Shown here piece after piece: positions 11,701 through 23,160 of a DNA stretch of 64,000 bases (the stretch's first letter is position 1; every line of letters starts with the position of its first letter). Source of the DNA: Macrostomum lignano (taxonomy: Eukaryota); the NCBI GenBank assembly GCA_002269645.1, contig NIVC01000162.1, positions 62,001 to 126,000 of the forward strand, given 5' to 3'. The translations under genes were made by a program, and so were the position numbers. The notes beneath the pieces are model-generated. The model was not told the origin of the DNA. It ran no database searches and worked only from the letters and a program-made list of their open reading frames with translations.

Positions 11701-14700
11701 ACTCATTCACTCCTTCACTCAGTCACTCCTTCACTCGGTCACTCCTTCACTCAGTCACTCCTCACTCATTCACTCCTTCACTCAGTCACTCGGTCACTCG
11801 GTCATTCATTCACTCAATCAGTCACACTCGGTCAATAATTCACTCAGTCGGTCACTCGGTCATTTATTCACTCAGCCACTCGGTCACTCGGTCAGTCAGT
11901 CACTCGGTCAGTCAGTCAGTCAGTTAGTCACTCGGTCATTCATCCAGGCTCTCATTTGTAGCCTCAGTGACTCATTCACTTATTAAATTGCCCATTATCA
12001 AAAATTCTTTGATCGATGCCCCTCACTTTGATTTCAGCTTTCTATAGTGCAATTTTTCTGTTGACAGTATTTTTAATGGTGTGGGCAAAAGCAAAATAAT
12101 TGACTCTCAAAGCGCGGCAATGCCATCCTCTCTGAGTTGTTTATCAAACAATCTTGCCGCGTTTCTGCGCAAAAACAGTGGCTTGACCGAGAAAACAACA
12201 CATTTCGTAGGCGACTGGGGCAGCTGCAGTTTAACCAGCTGATGCAGCGGCCGCCCCAGGCAGTGATTAAGACTGAAAGAAAAGCAGCCGATCAGGTACC
12301 AGGTACTCCTACTCAGCAACAGGTATTTATTCTGCCAGTATAATACAGGCGGGGCATAATAAACACCTACGAGTTCTATGCTCAGACCATCCTTTTGCAG
12401 ACTTCTCAGCTCAATAATACGGCTCTCCAAGGTGTTAATTTCTGACTTTACTTTACCAAAACACAAGGCGATCTTAGAAGGCTACAGAAAGTACATAGAA
12501 ATACAGAAAGCGCGATCGGGCAGAGACGGAGCTTATTCAGCAGTGTAGCATGATAGATACCATGCTAATGCACTTTAGAGCAGAGGGCGAGGGGGTTATC
12601 CATGCCATCCCTTTCTCCCCTCATCATCCTTTCCCGGTCGGGTAGTGAGGGAAGGTAATCAGGGCTGAAGGGAGCACGGGTGTGCACTATATTAATATAT
12701 ACTCGTCGCACGTCATGTTGTTTACTCCGGAAGCCGGGTGTGCTGGCGGGTGCAGCGGTGTCGCTGCTCACAGTGCGGTACGAGTTTATTAGCCATATCT
12801 TTCTTGCTCAAGTATACTCTGCAGTGTGTGGGCCTCTATACTTGGCACATGTTGTACAGAAAATAAAAACATTTTTCTTGCTTTTTATCATGCTAATGTG
12901 CGTGAATGTTTGTCTGGCTAGAACTCCTCACATTATAGCGCATCAGCAGTCACGCTGCCATGCATTCACGCAGTCAGTTACTCACTGATTCGCTGAATAG
13001 CTTACACCTTCACTCAGTCACTCCTTCACTCATTCACTCCTTCACTCAGTCACTCATTCACTCCTTCACTCAGTCACTCCTTCACTCAGTCACACCTTCA
13101 CCCAGTCACTCCTTCACTCAGTCACACCTTCACTCATTCACTCCTTTACTCATTCACTCCTTCACCTAATCACTCCTTCACTCAGTCACTCCTTCACTCC
13201 TTCACTCAGTCACTCCTTCACCCAGTCACTCCTTCACTCAGTCACTCCTTCACCCAGTCACTCCTTCACTCATTCACTCCTTCACTCAGTCACTCCTTCA
13301 CCCAGTCACTCCTTCACCCAGTCACTCCTTCACTCAGTCACTCCTTCACTCAGTCACTCCTTTACTCAGTCACTCCTTTACTCAGTCACTCCTTTACTCA
13401 GTCACTCCTTTACTCAGTCACACCTTCACCCAGTCACTCCTTCACTCAGTCACACCTTCACTCATTCACTCCTTCACCCAGTCACTCCTTCACCCAGTCA
13501 CTTTGAGACACGATATCCCAGGTATTTTGAGACAGGGAGCCAACAGTGTAACTAATATCATATTGGATGGATTGGCTGCCCCATTGCACGTAACAGCAAC
13601 GGAGACTGTCAGGCCTTTTCGTGATAGAGTGATGGAATATGACGCTTGAGATGCAGAAAGTGGAATGAAATGAAAAATTCTGCGCTTACATGCTATGGCA
13701 GAGTTTTATATAGCTGGGACTTTCCAATGCAGTTATTAAAATATTTTTGTACTTTAAACCCTCCCCACAGAACGCCGTGCGGCATAACCTGTCCCTGCAC
13801 AAGTGCTTCACTCGGGTGGAAAACGTCAAAGGCGCAGTTTGGACAGTGGACGATTCCGAATTTCACAGGCGGCGCCTGCAGCGAGGACCGGGGGTTTTGC
13901 AGTGAGTACACAGCTGCTATGATGTACACTTCTATGATGTACACAGATATGATTTGTACACAGCTATGGTGTACACAGCTATGATGTACACAGCTATTAT
14001 GTTCACAGCTACATGTATGATGTACACATCTATGATGTACACAGCTATGGTGTACACAGCTATGGTGTACACATATATTATTTACACACAGGTATGATGT
14101 ACACAGCTATGGTGTACACAGCTATGGTGTACACAGCTATGGTGTACACAGCTATGGTGTACACAGCTATGATGTACACAGCTATAATTTACACAGTTAT
14201 GATGTACACAGCTATGGTGTACACAGCTATGGTGTACACAGCTATGATGTATACAGTTATAATGTACACAGCTATGAAGTACACAGCCAAGGACTTGATA
14301 AACTTAGCGACGCTGCGGATGTAAAAGGGAAAAGGATTAGAATCTCAGATACCAATACGCCTCTCAGCCTTTGGCAAACTACCCAACCTGTACATTCCAT
14401 AACAGCTCCGGCTCGTCCCATTCGGAGACGTCCGCGGCCATCCAACGCCAGCGGTCCCTGTCCCCGGCGACTCTGGCCGGGTGCGGCGGCAGTCAGACGG
14501 CCGATGTGAGTTGCCAGCCAAAGTTCAAGTTAGAAGTCAGATTGAAAAGATGCTTGATCTGTTTAATTTTGCACCTAAATTTCAGGTCGACAGCAGTCTG
14601 GTGGACAAGGAAGAGGTGTCTATGCAGTACAAACAGGAACTCAAGTGAGCTGTTTACCACCGATATGATTGATTGTAAATTTTTGCTCTTAGTGGTATAA

Positions 14701-16040
14701 ATAGCATTGAGCTATAAGTAGGGCACAAAGGAGTTTAAACTCTGAATTACTTCCCGTTTAGTGTACTCATAGTAGCATTGCCCGTTCGCGCTTTTCACAG
14801 CGCTGTCAATCTGGGAGTTGTGGCTAGCAATCTGAGAGTTGGGGCTGGCAATCTGAGAGTTGGGCTGGCAATCTGAGAGTTGGGGCTGGCAATCTGAGAG
14901 TTGGGGCTGGCAATCTGAGAGTTGGGGCTGGCAATCTGAGAGTTGGGGCTGGCAATCTGGGAGTTGGGGCTGGCAATCTGAGAGTTGTGGCTAGCAATCT
15001 GAGAGTTGTGGCTAGCAATCTGAGAGTTGGGGCTGGCAATCTGAGAGTTGGGGCTGGCAATCTGAGAGTTGGGGCTGGCAATCTGAGAGTTGGGGCTGGC
15101 AATCTGAGAGTTGTGGCTGGCAATCTGAGAGTTGTGGCTAGCAATCTGAGAGTTGGGGCTGGCAATCTGAGAGTTGGGGCTGGCAATCTGAGAGTTGGGG
15201 CTGGCAATCTGAGAGTTGGGGCTAGCAATCTGAGAGTTGGGGCTGGCAATCTGAGAGTTGGGGCTGGCAATCTGAGAGTTGGGGCTGGCAATCTGAGAGT
15301 TGGGGCTGGCAATCTGAGAGTTGGGGCTGGCAATCTGAGAGTTGGGGCTGGCAATCTGGGAGTTGGGGCTGGCAATCTGAGAGTTGGGGCTGGCAATCTG
15401 AGAGTTGGGGCTGGCAATCTGAGAGTTGGGGCTGGCAATCTGAGAGTTGGGGCTGGCAATCTGGGAGTTGTGGCTGGCAATCTGAGAGTTGCGAATTTCG
15501 ATTCAGGACAGACAAATCGGAACAGACAGATCAGGTCAGACAGACAGATCAGGTCAGACAGACAGATCAGGTCAGACAGACAGATCAGGTCAGACAGACA
15601 AATCAGGTCAGACAGACAGATCAGGTCAGACAGACAGATCAGGTCAGACAGACAGATCAGGTCAGACAGACAAATCAGGTCAGACAGACAGATCAGGTCA
15701 GACAGACAGATCAGGTCAGACAGACAGATCAGGTCAGACAGACAGACCAGGTCAGACAGACAAATTGGAACAGACAGACCAGACTGCTCTGTCCGCACCC
15801 ACTGGCAACCGCAGCCGCTCGCTCCCGCCCAGAGAGCCGCCGGACTCGGACGCGAATTCCGAGGAGGCCACGAGCCTCTGGGCCAGGGAGAAGCGGGCCA
15901 AGCTTGACTTCGCTGCCGGCCAGCACCGCCGGCTCTCCGCCGGGTCTCAGATCGCCGCGGACTTCAGCGCCAGCGCCAGCGGCAGCGGCAGCGGCGACAA
16001 TAGACCTTCGCCACCGACTCTGCAAGGACCGGAGGCCTGA
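7656..16040 (+). CDS. FoxP: Forkhead box P transcription factor (C2H2 zinc finger, leucine zipper, forkhead domain)
   Basis: Exons: 7656-7754, ~7998-9027, 11032-11108, 11199-11300, 13771-13901, 14406-14505, 14586-14644, 15815-16040; all GT-AG and phase-compatible. Diagnostic motifs: [77 protein letters not shown]. The first exon and last three exons rest on splice phase only. Confidence 0.93.
9125..10913. repeat. Minisatellite, 32-bp unit GTGATTCTGGTTGCGCGCTTCTAGCACACGAC (~56 copies), FoxP intron 2
   Basis: Highly homogeneous tandem array. Confidence 0.97.
11420..11945. repeat. TCAC/TCAG/TCAT tetranucleotide-based low-complexity array
   Basis: Mixed TCATTCAC, TCAGTCAC and TCGGTCAC units. 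Confidence 0.9.
12107..12466 (-). mobile_element. Possible decayed non-LTR retrotransposon endonuclease (APE-like) fragment in a FoxP intron
   Basis: The translation has [16 protein letters not shown] and LHQLV..PT in the order of the APE motifs GxYRPP, GDFN and LxQLVxxPT; weak match. Confidence 0.25.
12995..13502. repeat. 16-bp tandem repeat TTCACTCAGTCACTCC
   Basis: Tandem units read directly. Confidence 0.92.
13910..14288. repeat. 15-bp tandem repeat TATGGTGTACACAGC
   Basis: Tandem units begin just after the donor at 13902. Confidence 0.92.
14811..15492. repeat. 21-bp tandem repeat GGCAATCTGAGAGTTGGGGCT
   Basis: Tandem units read directly. Confidence 0.95.
15523..15782. repeat. 18-bp tandem repeat CAGACAGACAGATCAGGT
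   Basis: Tandem units end about 30 nt before the acceptor at 15814. Confidence 0.95.
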
Positions 16041-17194
16041 CCGAGTGGACACCTGCATTGGACACCCACTGACTGAGACACTCTGTCTACCAATGACCAG
16101 GCTGGGGTCACGGGATGGACACCCACTGACTGCATGATACACTCGGTCCTCTAATGACTCATTCGCCATTCCCCGGCCATTCTGCGGAAATTTTTCCGCG
16201 ACGAAGTTTTTCCGCCGAGATTGGCGCCCTTTTAAATTTGCTTATGCTGCCTCCTACCAGAGAATTATAAAAATGATGCAAGAATGATTCTAGGCCCTAA
16301 AATAACAGGTTTTTCAAATGCCAAATATTGACAGCAAAACCTCGGCCAGGAAAGTTTCAAGTAGACAAACTTCTGCGAGAAAATCTCATTAGACCGGTAC
16401 ACAAGCAAATGGGTGTACAGCGGCCCTCATCAAATGTCTGGAGAATCTTCCCCCCTCCAGGGCATCCCCGCCATCATAGCGATTATTTTAATAGTCCTAT
16501 CTTCTTTGTTGCTAACTTTACCCTCTAGTCTTTGTGTCATTATTCTACAAGCTCGCAGCTTTAGGCCATGTCACGTTGTTTTTGCAAACTTTTTTATCAT
16601 TATTATTCATTTATACATTTGAAGGTCATAGCACTCGTTCAACCAGGCCATAGTGTGCAATCAGGCTATAAACTGTCATTGTGTCGTCCTTGTTCTTGTG
16701 TGCTGCCCTCCCTCCACTGGAATCCTGCAAGTTAGTCCTATCAGTGCGTGTTGTTTCCATTTTTTTGTAATTCTGTTTCGTGCATTCCAAGGCGAATGAT
16801 TTTATTCTTTAAACAAACAAAAAACCCAACGAGCTTAGACTTCAATTTAGCGCTTTATTATATTTTCCATTCCTAAGTAACTAAACATACTCAACATATC
16901 GGTAGTTGACATATTCATGGTAAATATGCGAGAAAGTCTCCACTAGGGAATCGCACCTCATAGGACCTTTGTGCTCGCTGCTATACTCCTGTGTTGCTTT
17001 TAACTCCCCGTGTTCAGTGCTAATTTACACGCTATTGATAATAACAAATCCACGCGAGTGCAGCATTGTACAAATAAAATTAGCTGATCTAATATTCCTT
17101 GGTTAGGAAAGTCAGCAACTCCTTGCCTTTTTATTCTATATATTACATGCATTTGGCACCGATACCTCATGCATCACTTATTCTACTTACATGT

Positions 17195-20100
17195 ACCTCA
17201 CGTCACTCTTAGCGACCTCACACACCACTCTCCCTTAGCTACCTCACACATCACTCTCCCTTAGCTACCTCACACACCACTCTCCCTTAGCTACCTCACA
17301 CATCACTCTTAGCTACCTCACATATCACCCTTAGCTACCTCACACATCACTCTCCCTTAGCTACCTCACACATCACTCTCCCTTAGCTACCTCACACATC
17401 ACTCTCCCTTAGCTACCTCACACATCACTCTCCCTTAGCTACCTCACACATCACTCTCCCTTAGCTACCTCACACATCACTCTCCCTTAGCTACCTCACA
17501 CATCACTCTCCCTTAGCTACCTCACACATCACTCTCCCTTAGCTACCTCACACATCACTCTCCCTTAGCTACCTCACACATCACTCTCCCTTAGCTACCT
17601 CACACATCACTCTCCCTTAGCTACCTCACACATCACTCTCCCTTAGCTACCTCACACATCACTCTCCCTTAGCTACCTCACACATCACTCTCCCTTAGCT
17701 ACCTCACACATCACTCTCCCTTAGCTACCTCACACATCACTCTTAGCAACCTCACACATCACTCTTAGCTACCTCACACATCACTATTAGCAACCTCACA
17801 CATCACTCTTAGCAACCTCACACATCACTCTTAGCTACCTCACACATCACTATTAGCAACCTCACACATCTCTTAGATACCTTACACATCACTCTTAGCT
17901 ACCTCAGACATCACTCCTAGCTACCTCACATATCACCCTTAGCTACCTCACACATCACTATTAGCAACCTCACACATCTCTTAGATACCTTACACATCAC
18001 TCTTAGCTACCTCACACATCACTCTTAGCAACCTCACACATCACTCTTAGCTACCTCACACATCACTATTAGCAACCTCACACATCTCTTAGATACCTTA
18101 CACATCACTCTTAGCTACCTCAGACATCACTCTTAGCTACCTCACACATCACTCTTAGCTACCTCACATATCACCCTTAGCTACCTCACACATCACTCTC
18201 CCTTAGCTACCTCACACATCACTCTCCCTTAGCTACCTCACACATCACTCTCCCTTAGCTACCTCACACATCACTCTCCCTTAGCTACCTCACACATCAC
18301 TCTCCCTTAGCTACCTCACACACCACTCTCCCTTAGCTACCTCACACATCACTCTCCCTTAGCTACCTCACACACCACTCTCCCTTAGCTACCTCACACA
18401 TCACTCTCCCTTAGCTACCTCACACATCACTCTCCCTTAGCTACCTCACACATCACTCTTCCTAAGCTATCTCATGCAACACTCTTCCTTAGCTACCTCA
18501 CACATCACTCTCCCTTAGCTATCTCACAAATCACTCTCCCTTAGCTACCTCACACATCACTCTCCCTTAGCTACCTCACACATCACTCTCCCTTAGCTAC
18601 CTCACACAACACTCTTAGCTACCTCACATATCACTCTTAGCTACCTCACACATCACTCTTAGCTACCTCACACAACCCTCTCCCTTAGCTACCTCACACA
18701 TCACTCTCCCTTAGCTACCTCACACATCACTCTCCCTTAGCTACCTCACACAACACTCTTAGCTACCTCACATATCACCCTTAGCTACCTCATACATCAC
18801 TGTTAGCTACCTCACACATCACTGTTAGCTACCTCACTCATCACTGTTAGCTACCTCACACAACACCCTTAGCTACCTCACACATCACTCTCCCTTAGCT
18901 ACCTCACACATCACTCTCCCTTAGCTACCTCACACATCACTCTCCCTTAGCTACCTCACACATCACTCTCCCTTAGCTACCTCACACATCACTCTCCCTT
19001 AGCTACCTCACACATCACTCTCCCTTAGCTACCTCACACAACACTCTTAGCAACCTCACACATCACTCTTAGCAACCTCACACATCACTCTTAGCTACCT
19101 CACACATCACTATTAGCAACCTCACACATCACTCTTAGCAACCTCACACATCACTCTTAGCTACCTCACACATCACTCTTAGCAACCTCACACATCACTA
19201 TTAGCAACCTCACACATCACTCTTAGCAACCTCACACATCACTCTTAGCTACCTCACACATCACTCTTAGCAACCTCACACATCTCTTAGATACCTTACA
19301 CATCACTCTTAGCTACCTCAGACATCACTCTTAGCTACCTCACATATCACCCTTAGCTACCTCACACATCACTATTAGCAACCTCACACATCTCTTAGAT
19401 ACCTTACACATCACTCTTAGCTACCTCACACATCACTCTTAGCAACCTCACACATCACTCTTAGCTACCTCACACATCACTATTAGCAACCTCACACATC
19501 TCTTAGATACCTTACACATCACTCTTAGCTACCTCAGACATCACTCTTAGCTACCTCACACATCACTCTTAGCTACCTCACACATCACTATTAGCAACCT
19601 CACACATCTCTTAGATACCTTACACATCACTCTTAGCTACCTCACACATCACTCTTAGCTACCTCACATATCACTCTTAGCAACTTCACACATCACTATT
19701 AGCTACCTCACATATCACCCTTAGCTACCTCACACATCACTCTTAGCTACCTCACATATCACTCTTAGCAACTTCACACATCACTATTAGCTACCTCACA
19801 TATCACCCTTAGCTACCTCACACATCACTCTTAGCTACCTCACATATCACTCTTAGCTACCTCAGACATCACTCTTAGCTACCTCACATATCACCCTTAG
19901 CTACCTCACACATCACTCTTAGCTACCTCACATATCACTCTTAGCAACCTCACACATCACTCTTAGCTACCTCACATATCACCCTTAGCTACCTCACACA
20001 TCACTCTTAGCTACCTCACATATCACCCTTAGCTACCTCACACATCACTCTTAGCTACCTCACATATCACTCTTAGCTACCTCACACATCACTCTTAGCT

Positions 20101-20380
20101 ACCTCACATATCACCCTTAGCTACCTCACACATCACTCTTAGCTACCTCACATATCACTCTTAGCAACCTCACACATCACTCTTAGCCACCTCACATATC
20201 ACCCTTAGCTACCTCACACATCACCCTTAGCTACCTCACATATCACCCTTAGCTACCTCACATATCACTCTTAGCAACCTCACACATCACTCTTAGCAAC
20301 CTCACATCACTCTTAGCTACCTCACATATCACTCTTAGCAACCTCACACTACACTGTTAGCTACCTCACACATCACTCTT
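17195..20380. repeat. Satellite of 22/26-bp units TTAGCTACCTCACACATCACTC(TCCC), ~3.2 kb
   Basis: Long tandem array with blocks of variant units. Confidence 0.96.
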
Positions 20381-21151
20381 TAGAAATTCATAGCAAATTC
20401 ATAGTAAGAAGTCAACAACCTGATTAAGCGATAAATTTAGTTACAAAAACTATCAGAGATACAGAGAAAAACGAGCAATTATTGAAACTGGTAAATTTCC
20501 TTTATTTAGACATACGATATTCAACAGTTAAAAAGATTTTTGAGAGCAACGATATCATCCTTATTAATTGCGATATAAGAGGCTAACGCCCTAGAGACAG
20601 AGCCTGATAAAAGGGATTGGTGCAAGCAAGCACGGCATCAATTTCTGTGCCCCAGCTGAAACTCGACCTCGTCCGGCTCGAGCGGATGCACTTTTTCTGC
20701 AAAGCCTGAAATCCAGGCAACAGGCGTCCAATAACAAACTAGCTATATATAAAACTAAGCCCGGTGTAAACAAGGCTTATCCAGCACTGAGAGATGAGAA
20801 GCTAAAAATTCTGCATTGCAACAATTTTTTGGCGTAAACAACAAACAACTGCCGGCTGTTATCCAGCGCAATGCGGTATCCTGAGAAAGTGTGCCAAACA
20901 GAATGTTCTATTTTTAGACACCGGGGAAGGAGGCCGCGATTTTGAAGGTTTTAGAAAAACACGAGCCGCGGCCCGCGCTGTTCAGGACAAATGCTGCGCG
21001 GCGCGACTGGACATGGACGCCTAAAGTGACGCCGGAATGGAAAGCTAACAAGAGACGATTAGGCTAACAATTCACAATTGGGATCAATAACAGATGGGAC
21101 TGCATGTTTGGGACACCTTGGCTGCTTCTTGCTAATGTGCCCGTTATTCAA

Positions 21152-21780
21152 GCTTCAGCTGTCCTTGTCCATCCTTAGCTCAGCTGTCCTTGTCCATCCT
21201 TAGCTCAGCTGTCCTTGTCCATCATTAGCTCAGCTGTCCTTGTCCATCCTTAGCTCAGCTGTCCTTGTCCATCCTTAGCTCAGCTGTCCTTGTCCATCCT
21301 TAGCTCAACTGTCCTTGTCCCTCATTAGCTCAGCTGTCCTTGTCCATCCTTAGCTCACCTGTCCATCCTTAGCTCAGCTGTCCATCCTTAGCTCACCTGT
21401 CCTTGTCCATCCTTAGCTCAGCTGTCCTTGTCCATCATTAGCTCAGCTGTCCTTGTCCATCATTAGCTCAGCTGTCCTTGTCCATCCTTAGCTCAGCTGT
21501 CCTTGTCCATCCTTAGCTCAGCTGTCCTTGTCCATCCTTAGCTCAAATGTCCTTGTCCCTCATTAGCTCAGCTGTCCTTGTCCATCCTTAGCTCACCTGT
21601 CCATCCTTAGCTCACCTGTCCTTGTCCATCCTTAGCTCACCTATCCTTGTCCATCCTTAGCTCACCTGTCCATCCTTAGCTCACCTGTCCTTGTCCATCC
21701 TTAGCTCAGCTGTCCTTGTCCATCCTTAGCTCACCTATCCTTGTCCATCCCTTAGCTCAGCTGTCCTCGTCCCTCATTAA
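21152..21780. repeat. 25-bp tandem repeat TTAGCTCAGCTGTCCTTGTCCATCC
   Basis: Tandem units read directly. Confidence 0.95.
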
Positions 21781-22309
21781 CTAGTGCCTCTTATCGAAAG
21801 TACACCCAGATTTTTCTGCGCCATTTCCGGCTTAGTCCAAGTGATTCGATTAGGAGTCCTTGGTGCAAGGCGTTAAGCAAGAAAAGCTAGCTGCGACCTC
21901 ACGCTCACTCCTGCGCACCTTGGCCTAAACCCCGGGTGTTTACAAAGCCTGCTGCTGCTGCTGCTGCAAGATCGCACGCACCGGCCGTTCGTTCTGCTGC
22001 GACTCAAAAACAAGGGGTAGAGAACTTCACTGGAAAGGGGTGGGTGGCCTCGGTGGCGTTAGGAAAGAAGTTAGCTAGCAATATCATGCGCTTTCACGGC
22101 GGTAAACAGCCCTGCTGACCTGGCTAAACGCGCAGATAAACACTTCTTAGGGGCAGCAAAATTGTTACAAACAAATAGAAAAATTTAGTAACACTGCGTT
22201 GCACTGATCTTCTCGTTTTGGAGAATGTTGACTCAATAAAGAAACTATATTGACTACGGTGTAAACTTCACTTGTACAGTACGACTAACAGACTAAGACT
22301 TGGCTCATA

Positions 22310-22720
22310 AGCATTTCAATGACCGATTGAGAATTCGCTCATAAACGATTCTATGACCTATTGAGACTTTGCTAATAAACAATTCTATGACCAATTGAGA
22401 TTGAGCTCATAAAAACTTCTATGACCGATTGAGATTGAGCTCATAAAAACTTCTATGACCGATTGAGATTGAGCTCATAAAAACTTTTATGACCTATTGA
22501 GACTTTGCTCATAAACAATTCTATGACCGATTGAGATTGCGCCCATAAACTATTCTATGACCAATTGAGACTTCGCTCATAACTATGACCAATTGAGACT
22601 TCGCTCATAACTATGACCAATCGAGACTTCGCTCATAAACGATTCTATGACCAATCGAGACTAATTCTATGACCAATCGAGACGAAACGATTTTATGACC
22701 GGGATATAATTCGCTCATAA
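22310..22720. repeat. Degenerate ~38-bp tandem repeat (CTATGACCGATTGAGATTGAGCTCATAAA...)
   Basis: Recurring CTATGACC and GCTCATAA cores. Confidence 0.85.
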
Positions 22721-23160
22721 ACACTTAAAGCCTCACAGACTATGAGGCCTGAGAGACAGACTGTGTGAGACGCAGACAAGAAATTTCATTAAGAAGTCAT
22801 TATCTATGCTGCAGAGGAATAAGCAAACAGAGCATAAATGGGGCAGCTGTGTAGGCCATAATTTGATGATGCCTTGAGCGACTTCAAGTGGGAAGAGTAG
22901 GGGAGCATATTCACCTGCGTGAGGGTCGAAAATAATCCCTCCCCGGATTGAAATTGAGTTTTTGTCAATCTCAAATAGCCGGAGACAGCGATAATTTAAT
23001 GCACTTTAATCAGCTGACACTCTTGTTTACGATAACAGATTCCAACAGATGCCGCATGCTAATAATATTACTGATGAGTAGCGAGTTGAAAAAAATATCG
23101 CAAAAATACACAATAATTCCTAAAAAATGCCGGCAGGATTAAAAACGCTTTTAGTCGGCC

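Noticed and set aside
12137-12175. FLRRNAA on the minus strand resembling the FoxP FRRNAATWK motif
   Set aside because: It is antisense, only 5-6 residues long, and lacks the surrounding forkhead sequence; chance.
11301-14405. A mutually exclusive alternative forkhead exon (as in vertebrate FOXP1 18a/18b or insect FoxP)
   Set aside because: I found no second [17 protein letters not shown] exon in the flanking introns.
14824-15907. Long ORFs (324, 306 aa) and similar repeat-derived ORFs at 32532, 33471, 34534, 42290-45482, 51271, 55329 and 58204
   Set aside because: They are stop-free translations of minisatellites lying inside introns or intergenic DNA of the genes assembled here.
23071-23095. 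CTGATGAG...GAAA hammerhead candidate (and CTGATGA at ~50736)
   Set aside because: No stem II or flanking stems can be formed.
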